From a bacterium (GTDB lineage: Bacteria > Krumholzibacteriota > Krumholzibacteriia > JACNKJ01): a stretch of DNA of 64,000 bases. Positions 38,084 through 47,397 of the stretch are shown here, one piece after another; within the stretch, counting starts at the first letter, position 1, and every line of letters starts with the position of its first letter. The notes under the pieces were generated by a model. That model saw nothing but the letters and a program-made list of their open reading frames with translations, was not told the origin of the DNA and did not search any database. The DNA is taken from NCBI GenBank assembly GCA_024231955.1, contig JAAEPZ010000512.1, forward strand, positions 91,578 to 155,577, read 5' to 3'. The translations under genes and the position numbers were made by a program.

Positions 38084-39343
38084 ATGGCGGAGGTGCGCCA
38101 GATGGCCGAATCCCGCATGCGGATTTCTATCTATAATAAAGACAAGAACTACCAGGTCAGAATCGTTGGTTTCTCCGGTGGTGAGGGGAAGACTCTCCGG
38201 GCCGACCTGAATGTTTTTCCAGGTGTCGATGCTCTCGTTCGCATGGAGGAATATGCCGATCTCCGCCCTGACGAATACTTCGTCTCCAAAAGTGGTGAGA
38301 TCTGTTTTACATGCGAGTATGGGCGTCTGGCTCTGATTCGGAAATTTATTGAGAAGTCCAAAGGCCAGATCGTTGATGGTGCCGATCTGGTGCCGGATAG
38401 CGAAAAAGCCGATTCGATGCTAGCTCGTGTCGATCCTCTGAACCGGGAGATCGCCGAGATCAAGGCCAAGAACAAGCCGTTCTATAAAAAGGGTTTCAAG
38501 GCTCTGGCTGTCGGCCTGCTGCTGCGGATATCGATCCTCCTCCTGCTGCTCATCATCAGCCGGGCATTCTGGCTGAAGACCTCCGACCACTACGTGCCTC
38601 GCAGCCTGCAGGCCATCATGCACACCGGCGAGATACCCTATGAGAAGCAGGAATTGATCTCCTACTTCATCAAACCCAGCTTCACTCATCGCTCCAAGCT
38701 GGAGATCAAGCGCCCCCTTTACATCCGGGGCAGCAACGTCATTCTTGAGGGCGGTCACTACATCAAGATCGAGGGTGTCGGTAATCTGAAGGCCACCATC
38801 GAAGCGCACAACAATGCGCCGATGATGATCAAAGTCGACTCCCGGTCTGGCGAAACAAGGATCACCGGCGTCTACGTCGGCGATAATCTCGTCGCCCCGC
38901 GGGGACATCTCAAGTATCTGGGTCGCATTCCGGTCATCGGACAGCAACCCCCACGTGTGGATGCCCTCGACACGGCCAGCAGCGGCGCCTATGTCCGTGT
39001 TCGCTCTGCAGATCCGCTGGAGGAGTCAACCTTCAACTGGATGCTCGGTCAGACCATCAGCCTCACCGCCAGTTTGACGCTGGACGGCGATCGCTACCTG
39101 ATCGGCGAGGGAGATTACTACTTTGCGGTGGATAAGGGATCGGTCAAGCCGGAGATTCAGGAGATCCTGGACATGGCTGCGATTTCGAATCAGCGTGTGA
39201 TCTTCGACATGCGGCTGAACACCAGACCCTGGCCCCTCCGCAACCGTCGCGATGCGCGACACCAGCGGCGTGACACGAATATCATTACCGACGGCAACCT
39301 CCATTTCGTTACCGTCCAGAGCGCAGTGCTGAAGAATATCTAG
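38084..39343 (+). CDS. Hypothetical single-pass membrane protein (lower-GC gene)
   Basis: Central TM 'ALAVGLLLRISILLLLLIISRAFWL'. Lys-rich, AT-richer codon usage than the neighbours. GGAGG RBS favours ATG 38102 as the start, in the same frame. Confidence 0.5.
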   Translation: MAEVRQMAESRMRISIYNKDKNYQVRIVGFSGGEGKTLRADLNVFPGVDALVRMEEYADLRPDEYFVSKSGEICFTCEYGRLALIRKFIEKSKGQIVDGADLVPDSEKADSMLARVDPLNREIAEIKAKNKPFYKKGFKALAVGLLLRISILLLLLIISRAFWLKTSDHYVPRSLQAIMHTGEIPYEKQELISYFIKPSFTHRSKLEIKRPLYIRGSNVILEGGHYIKIEGVGNLKATIEAHNNAPMMIKVDSRSGETRITGVYVGDNLVAPRGHLKYLGRIPVIGQQPPRVDALDTASSGAYVRVRSADPLEESTFNWMLGQTISLTASLTLDGDRYLIGEGDYYFAVDKGSVKPEIQEILDMAAISNQRVIFDMRLNTRPWPLRNRRDARHQRRDTNIITDGNLHFVTVQSAVLKNI

Positions 39344-39439
39344 CAGCCTGCCTGAGTCTTGTCTTAAATTACAGGGGCTGCCGATGGCGGCCCCTTTTTT
39401 ACGAATCCAGATTGCCGCACCGCGGCCGGGGGGATCGAA

Positions 39440-39817
39440 ATGTCGGAACGGAAATATCTTGGCAAGAAGATCTCGGGCCCGACCCGGGAGCTGGATCTCA
39501 TCGATTGGGAGGGCGGCGAGATCGACATCGAGCTGGAAGCGGAGGAGTTCACCTCTCTGTGTCCGGTCACGGGACAGCCTGATTTCGGCACCATCCTGAT
39601 CCGCTATCGCCCTGATCGCTTCATTGTCGAAACCAAATCGCTTAAACTATACCTTTGGAGTTTCCGCGAGGAGCCCAGCTTCGTGGAGCAACTGGTCAAC
39701 ACCATGGCAGACGAGTTGTTCGGACAGATTCAACCCCAATGGCTCGAAGTCGAAGGGCGTTTCAATTCTCGAGGAGGCATCAGGCTGAATGTCTCCACCA
39801 GCAGGGAGAGCGATTGA
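39440..39817 (+). CDS. queF: NADPH-dependent 7-cyano-7-deazaguanine reductase (QueF, unimodular type)
   Basis: Catalytic Cys in 'SLCPVTGQPDFGT' and the QueF motif E(S/L)K(S/A)hK(L/Y)(Y/F/W) as 'ETKSLKLYLWSFR'. Confidence 0.8.
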   Translation: MSERKYLGKKISGPTRELDLIDWEGGEIDIELEAEEFTSLCPVTGQPDFGTILIRYRPDRFIVETKSLKLYLWSFREEPSFVEQLVNTMADELFGQIQPQWLEVEGRFNSRGGIRLNVSTSRESD

Positions 39818-40656
39818 GAGTACAGTTGAAACCAGCGTCACTGATAGTTCTGCTTCTGACCATCCTGGCCATCTCCCCGGTGCCCGCCGAGGGTGAGCGT
39901 CCGGGTCGGAATGGCTGGTTGAACCTGGAGCCCGGCCTGGCCTTCGGCAGCTTCACATCGCCGCGGCACGACGAGGTTGAGATCAAGGTTCTGCGGATTG
40001 ATCCCGCGCACTTCGATCTGCAACTGCTCAATGCTTCGGCGACAAAGCGAAACATCGCCCTGTCGGCCCGCGAGTGGTGCGCTACGGAGAATCTGGTGGT
40101 CGCGATCACCCCCAGCATGTTCGGTCGGGACATGCGTTCGAGCATCTCGCTGATGAAGACCGGCGGCTACATCAACAACCCCCGCCTGAGTAAGGACAAC
40201 TCGGTGCTGGTATTCGATTGTCGCGTGGATTCGCTGCCGGGGATCCAGATTGTGGATCGTCTCTGCCAGGATTTCGACAGCCTCGCCCCCCACTACATTT
40301 CGCAGGTGCAGAGCATCCGCATGCTCTCCTGCGAAGGTGAAAATACCTGGCTCAAACGCAATAAGCCGTGGAGCGCCGCGTTGATCGGCATGAATGGCGA
40401 GGGCCACCTGCTCTTCATTTTCGTCCACCAGAAAACCGAGATGCCCTCGCTGGTGGCCGCCCTTCTGGAACTGCCACTGGATCTGGTGCGGCTGCAATAC
40501 GGCGAGGGCGGCTCCTCGGCCCAGCTGTGTGTTGAGCACGATGTTTACAGCTACTACGGTTGCGGGCTGTTCGAGCTGAACGGAGTCGCGGGCGATGAGG
40601 GGCTCAACGCCCCGGCCGTACCCAATGTGCTGGGGATCGTCAGGAGGATCCGATGA
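39814..40656 (+). CDS. Secreted hypothetical protein
   Basis: Putative TTG start overlapping the queF stop, after a GGGAGAG RBS. Signal peptide 'LIVLLLTILAISPVPAEG'. No named domain. The ORF as tracked (39655) overlaps queF in another frame and is not credible there. Confidence 0.45.
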   Translation: MRVQLKPASLIVLLLTILAISPVPAEGERPGRNGWLNLEPGLAFGSFTSPRHDEVEIKVLRIDPAHFDLQLLNASATKRNIALSAREWCATENLVVAITPSMFGRDMRSSISLMKTGGYINNPRLSKDNSVLVFDCRVDSLPGIQIVDRLCQDFDSLAPHYISQVQSIRMLSCEGENTWLKRNKPWSAALIGMNGEGHLLFIFVHQKTEMPSLVAALLELPLDLVRLQYGEGGSSAQLCVEHDVYSYYGCGLFELNGVAGDEGLNAPAVPNVLGIVRRIR

Positions 40657-41210
40657 CATCCGCAATCAATATCGTTATCGAAACCGAAAGGCTCATCATC
40701 CGCCGGGCTACGGTGGAGGATGTCGATCTGTTCTTCAGTCTGTGGACTGACCCCGAGGTGATGACGAATGTCGGTTTCCCGCAGGGACTGCGGACGACGC
40801 GGGACAATATTCGGCGCCGGATCGAGCGTCAGGGTGCGAGCGAGTTCGATGAGCTGTTGGTGGTCGAACTTAAGCTGGTGAAACAACCGCTCGGCGAGTG
40901 CTTCATGCACGCACCCAACGATGAGGGTGTGGCGAGCACCGACGTGAAGCTGATCCCCTCCGCCTGGGGCAACAAGTTCGGCATCGAGATCAAGCGCGCC
41001 CTGCTGACCCACCTGTTCGCCAATACCGATTGCGTGGCCGTGGAGGCGACGCCCAATAAGGAAAACGTCGCGTCCATCAGAATGCAGGAGGCCGTCGGCG
41101 GGGTGAGGATCAGCGAGGGGACGTTCGAGTTCCCTCCAGAGATGAGCGCCTACACCGCGCCCGTTCATCATTACGTGTACAGGGTTGAGCGGGCGACCTG
41201 GGCACCGTAA
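40653..41210 (+). CDS. GNAT family N-acetyltransferase (RimL-like)
   Basis: 'ETERLIIRRATVEDVDLFFSLWTDPEVM' is the typical N-terminus of RimJ/RimL-like GNATs. Start overlaps the upstream stop (ATGA). Confidence 0.7.
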   Translation: MTSAINIVIETERLIIRRATVEDVDLFFSLWTDPEVMTNVGFPQGLRTTRDNIRRRIERQGASEFDELLVVELKLVKQPLGECFMHAPNDEGVASTDVKLIPSAWGNKFGIEIKRALLTHLFANTDCVAVEATPNKENVASIRMQEAVGGVRISEGTFEFPPEMSAYTAPVHHYVYRVERATWAP

Positions 41211-41241
41211 GGATTTTCACGCCCCCACTACCGACAACCGG

Positions 41242-42162
41242 TTATCCCTCGGTCAGGTCGAAGTACCGGCGCTCGAAGAAGTAGCCGAACTTCGGCGGAC
41301 GTCCATGTCGACTCGCTGCCTTGTCGATGCCCCGCAGAATCTCCTGCTTCGAGTAGCGGCCCGAGAGGTGAAACAGCACCAGATGCTTCACCCCGGCCTC
41401 GGCGGCGATGCGGAACGCCGCATCGATATGGCTGTGGTTGAGCCCGGCGCTCTCGGTGCCGTCGATATTCGTCGCTTCGATCATCAGGATGTCCGCATTC
41501 TGACAGGGGGTGACATCCTTGAGTGGTCGAGTGTCTCCGGTGTAGACCAGCAGCGGGTGCCAGGCCTCTTTGAGCACCGCATCGCGTCCGTGCTCCCGGA
41601 TCAGATCCTTCACCGCGGCGGGCGCCGCGTCGCGGTACTCCGTTCTCAGCACCTGCCGCCGCTCCTCAATGCGATAACCCAGGCTCTGCCAGTGGCGCGT
41701 GTGCTCCACGGGGAAAGCCGTCACCCGCGTGTCCCGCCGGGCGACATCCACCTTAACTGAGTCTCCCGGAAACAGCGGACGCCAATTGAGCTTGTAGTGA
41801 AGGCGATGCTTCTGCTTCTTGTCCAGATACTCGCGCAGATAGCCCACGAAGGGATCGCCTTTGGGATAATGCACCGTAATCGGGATCTCCCGGTCGCCAT
41901 TGCTCAGATTGCGGAGATTGACCAGGCTGGGCAGGCCGGCGATGTGATCCTCATGTCCGTGCGTCAAAAACACTTGCCGGACACCGAAGACCTTTTTTCC
42001 CAGGCCGTGGATAATCCCCTCGCCGGCGTCCAGCAATAGACGGGCGGGTCTGTAGTAGAACCAGGAGGCGTAAAGAGCCTTGGAATATCCATTAAGCACG
42101 TCGTTCATATGCGACAGATTAGGCACTGCGGGACCTGTATGCAAGCGACATAGAGCCTCCAT
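41242..42162 (-). CDS. MBL-fold metallo-hydrolase (RNase Z / beta-lactamase superfamily)
   Basis: 'LTHGHEDHIAGLPSL' matches the HxHxDH metal-binding motif. The downstream His and Asp residues are spaced as in RNase Z-like enzymes. Confidence 0.65.
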   Translation of the reverse strand: MEALCRLHTGPAVPNLSHMNDVLNGYSKALYASWFYYRPARLLLDAGEGIIHGLGKKVFGVRQVFLTHGHEDHIAGLPSLVNLRNLSNGDREIPITVHYPKGDPFVGYLREYLDKKQKHRLHYKLNWRPLFPGDSVKVDVARRDTRVTAFPVEHTRHWQSLGYRIEERRQVLRTEYRDAAPAAVKDLIREHGRDAVLKEAWHPLLVYTGDTRPLKDVTPCQNADILMIEATNIDGTESAGLNHSHIDAAFRIAAEAGVKHLVLFHLSGRYSKQEILRGIDKAASRHGRPPKFGYFFERRYFDLTEG

Positions 42163-42288
42163 CTTGACAATCTCTTCAACTGACTTACTATGAGCACGTT
42201 AGACAACACCTAGGCCGGGGTCTTCCCGCGAATTTCCAATACGGATTCATGACGCGGACGCGACACTGCCCTGAACCGAGGAGAATCC

Positions 42289-43620
42289 ATGGCTCGCAAG
42301 AAAATCATCATCATGGGCGCGGCTGGCCGCGACTTCCATAACTTCAATTGCGTGTATCGCGACAACGACGAATACGAAGTCGTCGCCTTTACCGCCACCC
42401 AGATCCCCGACATCGAGGGACGCGCCTATCCCGCCGAACTCGCCGGCAAACTGTACCCCGCGGGCATCCCTATCCATCCGGAAGAGGAGTTGGGCGAACT
42501 GATCGAAAAGCATGAAGTCGAAGAGGTCATCTTCGCCTATAGCGACCTGACACACGACTATGTCATGCACGCAGCCAGCTTCGTCAACGCCATGGGCCCC
42601 CGCTTCACGCTGATGGGTACGAGCGAAACGATGGTTGAGAGCACGAAGCCGGTTATCGCCATCTGTGCGACCCGCACCGGTTGCGGCAAGAGCCAGACCA
42701 CTCGCAGGGTCATGGAGATCCTGAAAGAGATGGGCAAGAAGGTCGTGGCGATCCGTCACCCGATGCCTTACGGCGACCTGGCCAAGCAGGCCGTGCAGCG
42801 TTTCGGCTCCCTTGAGGATCTGAAGACACACGAGTGCACGATCGAAGAGATGGAGGAGTACGAACCGCATATCGTCAACGGTCATGTTGTTTATGCCGGC
42901 GTCGATTACGAAGCCATCCTCCGCGAAGCCGAGAAAGAGGCCGACATCATCCTGTGGGACGGCGGCAACAACGACACCAGTTTCTACGCCCCCAATCTCG
43001 TCATCACCATTGCGGATCCTCTCCGTCCCGGTCACGAGGTCGAGTACTATCCCGGTGAGACCAACCTGCTGCAGGCCGATGTTGTTGTCATCAACAAGAT
43101 CGACACCGCGAATCTCGAGGATATCGAGCAGGTGCGCGACACCATCCGTGCAGTCAACCCCGAGGCCCTGATTATCGATGCAGCCAGCCCCTGCACCGTC
43201 GAGGACCCCGACGTCATCGCGGGCAAGAACGTGCTGGTCATCGAAGACGGCCCCACGCTCACGCACGGCGAGATGAAGATGGGCGCCGGCACCGTCGCCG
43301 CCATCAAGAACGGTTGCGAGATGATCGACCCGCGCCCCTGGCTGGTCGGCAAACTGCAGGAAACATTCGACAAGTACGAAGATATCGGCACACTGCTGCC
43401 GGCGATGGGCTATGGCGGCCAGCAGATCAAGGATCTGGAAGCCACCATCAACGCCGTCGATTGTGAAGCCGTCGTCATCGGAACACCGATCGACCTGCGT
43501 CGCATCGTGGACATCAAGCATCCCAGCACCAGGGTGACCTACAGTCTCGAAGAGATTGGTCATCCCAAGATGGATGATGTTCTCAAAGCCTTCCTGGCCG
43601 GGATGGAAAAAGAGGATTAA
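42289..43620 (+). CDS. Cyclic 2,3-diphosphoglycerate synthetase-like P-loop protein
   Basis: 'KIIIMGAAGRDFHNFNCVYRDNDEYEVVAFTATQIP' N-terminus and the P-loop 'ICATRTGCGKSQTT' recall the cDPGS family. Terminator hairpin downstream. Assignment is from memory only. Confidence 0.5.
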   Translation: MARKKIIIMGAAGRDFHNFNCVYRDNDEYEVVAFTATQIPDIEGRAYPAELAGKLYPAGIPIHPEEELGELIEKHEVEEVIFAYSDLTHDYVMHAASFVNAMGPRFTLMGTSETMVESTKPVIAICATRTGCGKSQTTRRVMEILKEMGKKVVAIRHPMPYGDLAKQAVQRFGSLEDLKTHECTIEEMEEYEPHIVNGHVVYAGVDYEAILREAEKEADIILWDGGNNDTSFYAPNLVITIADPLRPGHEVEYYPGETNLLQADVVVINKIDTANLEDIEQVRDTIRAVNPEALIIDAASPCTVEDPDVIAGKNVLVIEDGPTLTHGEMKMGAGTVAAIKNGCEMIDPRPWLVGKLQETFDKYEDIGTLLPAMGYGGQQIKDLEATINAVDCEAVVIGTPIDLRRIVDIKHPSTRVTYSLEEIGHPKMDDVLKAFLAGMEKED

Positions 43621-43655
43621 TTCCCCTTTAGCCAACTAAATCGGTCATATCTGAC

Positions 43656-43686
43656 AAGCCGGGGCCATTTGGCTCCGGCTTTTTCA
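43656..43686 (+). terminator. Rho-independent terminator after the cDPGS-like gene
   Basis: 'AGCCGGGGCC attt GGCTCCGGCT' followed by TTTTT. Confidence 0.6.
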
Positions 43687-43758
43687 CATTCTTCCATTAT
43701 ACCGAGACAGAAAGCCCATACCTGCGCTATATTTACATAATTACGACAAGGAGGGCAT

Positions 43759-44547
43759 ATGTTGGAGATCGGAGGATCAGTCGGTAAAGCCGGGGTAAAC
43801 AGACCCGAGGATATCCTGGTGGTGAAGTATCTGCTCAATCGCAATGGCCATCTGCTTGCGCCATATTCGCCTCTTCTCGAGGATGCGAACCTCAATTCAC
43901 GCACATTGGCCCTGATCGAGCGGTATCAGGAGCGAATCACCCTTATGACGAGACCGGACCGCCGTGTTGACCCTCACGGCAAGACAATCCGTCACTTGAA
44001 CATCAACGCACGAGAGGAGAGCAGCGGGGAAATTCCACCGATCATCTACCCTCTGGAGAACTGGGCCGAACAGGACATCAGGTCGGAGCCGGCCTCCTTC
44101 GCAGCCCTGCGCAAGGATGGTCGCCGCCACGCGGGTTGTGATCTCTACGCGCCGGCGGACACACCGGTGCTGGCGATCAAGGATGGTCGCATCATCACCA
44201 AACCCTACCCTTTCTACCTGGGCACCATGGCTCTTGAGGTAGATCACGGGAACTGTGTCGTACGTTACGGGGAACTGGACCGGATCGCGGTCGGCCTGGA
44301 GATCGGCACCATAATCTCAGCCGGGCAGTTAATCGCCTATATCGGCGAACTCGACGGCCTTGGCGTTTCGATGCTCCACATGGAGATGTACACCGGTCGC
44401 ACACCAGGTCCTCTCACCGATCGCGGCAACCTGCCCTTCCTGCGGCGTGGCGACCTGATCAATCCCACGAGTTTCCTGGAATCCGCGGTGCTGATATCCG
44501 AGAGACGTGACGACGATGCCGATCGCACCCGAGCGGCAAGAGCCTGA
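43759..44547 (+). CDS. M23/LytM-like peptidase domain protein (variant metal site)
   Basis: 'RHAGCDLYAPADTPVLAIKDGRI' carries the HxxxD motif and the beta-rich LytM fold pattern. The second motif reads 'LHMEMY' instead of HxH. Confidence 0.45.
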   Translation: MLEIGGSVGKAGVNRPEDILVVKYLLNRNGHLLAPYSPLLEDANLNSRTLALIERYQERITLMTRPDRRVDPHGKTIRHLNINAREESSGEIPPIIYPLENWAEQDIRSEPASFAALRKDGRRHAGCDLYAPADTPVLAIKDGRIITKPYPFYLGTMALEVDHGNCVVRYGELDRIAVGLEIGTIISAGQLIAYIGELDGLGVSMLHMEMYTGRTPGPLTDRGNLPFLRRGDLINPTSFLESAVLISERRDDDADRTRAARA

Positions 44548-44642
44548 CATGCAACCCGGCAACAATTGAAAACCCGGAGTCCAGAGGACTCCGGGCCTGG
44601 GGAGGAACGCAAATCCTGAAACTGCTCTCCTGAAGCGTCAGC

Positions 44643-46217
44643 TCAACGGGAGATCAGTTCCGCAATGTTGCCTTGTCGCCCTGCGGCATTGCCTGAGGAG
44701 ACAAGGACCTCATCGGTCTGGCCGAATATCCGGTTCAAGAACCATCCCGAATGCTTGCCGAACGCCGCCTTGCAGGCGCCCTGAGCGGACTGCAATGAGT
44801 GGCCGGCGCTGTTGCCGCCGAGAAGACGTTCGTAAAATGCCGAGCGGAAGATCCGCCTTTCGTGATCGTTGCGGAAGGACACCAGCGGCGCAATAACTCT
44901 GCGGCAACCACGTGTCAAAAGCTCTTTCGCCCACTCATCCATCTCCATCACAATCTCGCTTCGGATCTCCTCGCCCGGTTCAAGATCCAGGTAGATCAAC
45001 TCGTACTGCAGATCCTCCTCCGCGAGCAAGCCCTTGATCGCCGGCAAGCCGATGCAGTGAACCACCCGCACGCCGCCACGCGCCCCGGGATTCCAGTTCA
45101 CGTTGCACTCCAGGCGTTTGCTGATCTCCTGCAGCTCCTCGGCGAGGGGGCGACCCTGAGTCTGATTGGCCGCAATGCGGAAGCTGATCCCCTTGCTCGC
45201 GGCCCCGCCCGGAGGACGCTTCTTGTTGAAATGGAGGAAGTTCGTGCCACGGGTGAAAAGGAATTCGTCGGCGAGATTCGAACCATCTATGGAGAGCAGC
45301 TCCCAGGGCAAGCGGCAATCATCCGTGGCCCCCAATATGCGCAGACGGTTGGGCGGATTCTGCTCGAAGCTCTTCGAACAGAGTGATTCGGTGAACGTCG
45401 CCAGCATGGGGTTCTGCAGGTCAGCAATCATCGGATCAAGATCGACATCATGTCGATAGGCGTCGATCAGAGTATTGAGTTTCCGGTCCAGCTGCAGTCC
45501 ATTGTCCGGCTTCATCGTCAGAACGCGTTCGGCTCCCGAGAACTGAACCGGAGATCGGAGATCGGCGATGGGAGTTATCCTGTTCGCTCTGGGAACAATG
45601 ACCTCGTCGAGCATACCCTCATCATTTCCGCCGGAATCGTCCAGCTGTTTACGCTTGAAGAAATGGCTGAGATACTGCCCCTGCAGATCCCGGTTGTTGA
45701 CCAGGAATATAATGGAACGGGGTCCCTTGTCCTGCGCCAGGAAGTCGGAGCACACTCGCCAGATGACGGAGATCATGCCCGAGAAGCTCTCCACTAAAAC
45801 TGAGAATTCGTTGACGGGTATGGCAAGATCCGTAAGCCCGAGCAGGGTTGCCTGGAAGAAAGCGTCGCGGAATCTATCCTCGAGCACATCCAGATCAAGA
45901 TATTCGGGACCTTCACCTTGTGAATCGAACGGCTCCTGCAGCTCCTCCATCTCCTCGGACTCGGCCGTCGGGAGCGTGAGATGAAAGAGGAACCGGGAAT
46001 TCAGCTTCCCGGCGGAGGTGATCAGAACATCCCTGTCGCAGGGATATTCATCAAGTTCCTCAAGGAGTCGTTCGCCACCTGACTTGAGTAGACCGATCGG
46101 CTCATCATCAAGCTTCTCAGCCGTCCAGGGCAGGAGAATGGCGTCCGCCGAGATGGCGGAGGGATCGCTGGTACTGACCTCAACGATGCGGTGTCTGATG
46201 CGATATTGTTGATTCAT
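44643..46217 (-). CDS. Macro domain - CHAT domain fusion protein
   Basis: The N-terminus 'IVEVSTSDPSAISADAILLPWTAEKLDDEPIGLLKSGGERLLEEL...DVLITSAGKLNSRFLFHLTLP' follows the Macro (ADP-ribose binding) pattern. The C-terminus 'VVHCIGLP...GCRRVIAPLVSFRNDHERRIFRSAFYERLLGGNSAGHSLQSAQ' follows the CHAT caspase-like pattern. Confidence 0.45.
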   Translation of the reverse strand: MNQQYRIRHRIVEVSTSDPSAISADAILLPWTAEKLDDEPIGLLKSGGERLLEELDEYPCDRDVLITSAGKLNSRFLFHLTLPTAESEEMEELQEPFDSQGEGPEYLDLDVLEDRFRDAFFQATLLGLTDLAIPVNEFSVLVESFSGMISVIWRVCSDFLAQDKGPRSIIFLVNNRDLQGQYLSHFFKRKQLDDSGGNDEGMLDEVIVPRANRITPIADLRSPVQFSGAERVLTMKPDNGLQLDRKLNTLIDAYRHDVDLDPMIADLQNPMLATFTESLCSKSFEQNPPNRLRILGATDDCRLPWELLSIDGSNLADEFLFTRGTNFLHFNKKRPPGGAASKGISFRIAANQTQGRPLAEELQEISKRLECNVNWNPGARGGVRVVHCIGLPAIKGLLAEEDLQYELIYLDLEPGEEIRSEIVMEMDEWAKELLTRGCRRVIAPLVSFRNDHERRIFRSAFYERLLGGNSAGHSLQSAQGACKAAFGKHSGWFLNRIFGQTDEVLVSSGNAAGRQGNIAELISR

Positions 46218-46265
46218 TGCCTTGCCATGTGCAAGGAAGATGACAGTGACCGGCGAAAAAGTGTT

Positions 46266-46311
46266 AGAGAAAGAAAACGCCCCCGTGCGCCGATCTCAGC
46301 GCTGCGGGGGC
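46266..46311 (-). terminator. Rho-independent terminator after the Cys4 hypothetical gene (minus strand)
   Basis: On the minus strand 'GCCCCCGCAGCGC tgagatcg GCGCACGGGGGC' is followed by GTTTTCTTTCTCT. Confidence 0.6.
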
Positions 46312-46417
46312 TTCAGTATACGTCCCTATGATTCCCTTTTGGACTTGCCGATTGCATTCCAGAGCTATCGGAATCGCAAAAGGTAAGGATATAGAGAGAA
46401 GATACCGTCAGGGGTCG

Positions 46418-47242
46418 CTATTCTTCCTCTTCTCTCTTGATCTCTTTGGCTGTGCCGAATTCATAACGGCGCTCCTGGCACAGTTCGTCGCTCACTTGGC
46501 AACGGTAACAGGCAAAATTCACGTCGCAGATCGGACTCAGGCCGATGCGATCATCGCCGGTGGCGAACAGCTCAAGGAGGAAATCGATCAACTCCGGATC
46601 TTTGCCTACCGATTTGGCCATACCATTGATTGCATTTTCGATACCCTCGACATCTATGGAGCCATCGACAAGATCCCACATCCGCGAAAGGACGCGCCGC
46701 ACGCCGGAACTGGTACCCGGCTTCTTCCAACCCATCTCGCGGGTGAACTCAGTGCCTGCCGGACCCTTGATGTAGCTGAACATCTCTTCAATGCCGTCGG
46801 CGAGATCCTGCTCCGACTCGAAAGACTGCACCAGTTCCACGGCGGAACCGAAATCCCTCTCCAACATGGTCATTGTACGGGCGTTCTTGCACACGGAGCG
46901 GACACGCTGAAGATTGAGCCCCAGCTCCTCGATCTCGACGAGTTTCTTCTTGGCCTTCTCGTCCATCTCGGCCAGAGCCGTAAAGTCGCCCAGGTGCTCC
47001 TTGAGCAGTTTCTGTTTCTCATGAGCATAAACATAGTTCGGAAACCCGAACCGCAACATCTGCAACAGAAGAGAGAACCAGACACCATTGTTGTCTTCAC
47101 GCGCCGTCTGCCAGCGGGTGATCTCCTCGTCAACATACTGCATCGGATCTATGTCACGTCCCTGACGGCGAATATCTTCGCGCAAAGTCGCCAGGATCTC
47201 ATTGAACAGATTCTTGAGCCGATCCTCCATGCTACGCTCCAT
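46418..47242 (-). CDS. Hypothetical protein with C-terminal Cys4 cluster
   Basis: 'SPICDVNFACYRCQVSDELCQ' gives C-x5-C-x2-C-x6-C spacing. Acidic C-terminal tail. Followed on its strand by a GC hairpin plus T-tract terminator. Confidence 0.4.
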   Translation of the reverse strand: MERSMEDRLKNLFNEILATLREDIRRQGRDIDPMQYVDEEITRWQTAREDNNGVWFSLLLQMLRFGFPNYVYAHEKQKLLKEHLGDFTALAEMDEKAKKKLVEIEELGLNLQRVRSVCKNARTMTMLERDFGSAVELVQSFESEQDLADGIEEMFSYIKGPAGTEFTREMGWKKPGTSSGVRRVLSRMWDLVDGSIDVEGIENAINGMAKSVGKDPELIDFLLELFATGDDRIGLSPICDVNFACYRCQVSDELCQERRYEFGTAKEIKREEEE

Positions 47243-47397
47243 GCCTTGTGTATATCGTTCTATTATACGTTGGAAATGTTTTCTTCGGTGAGTGGAACAC
47301 TATAGGACATTTAGGAGTAAGGCGCCACCAGAAAGCAGGACCCTTGCATGATGGTGATGAGAATGATAGGGTTGAACCCGACTCCAATCCGAGGTGA

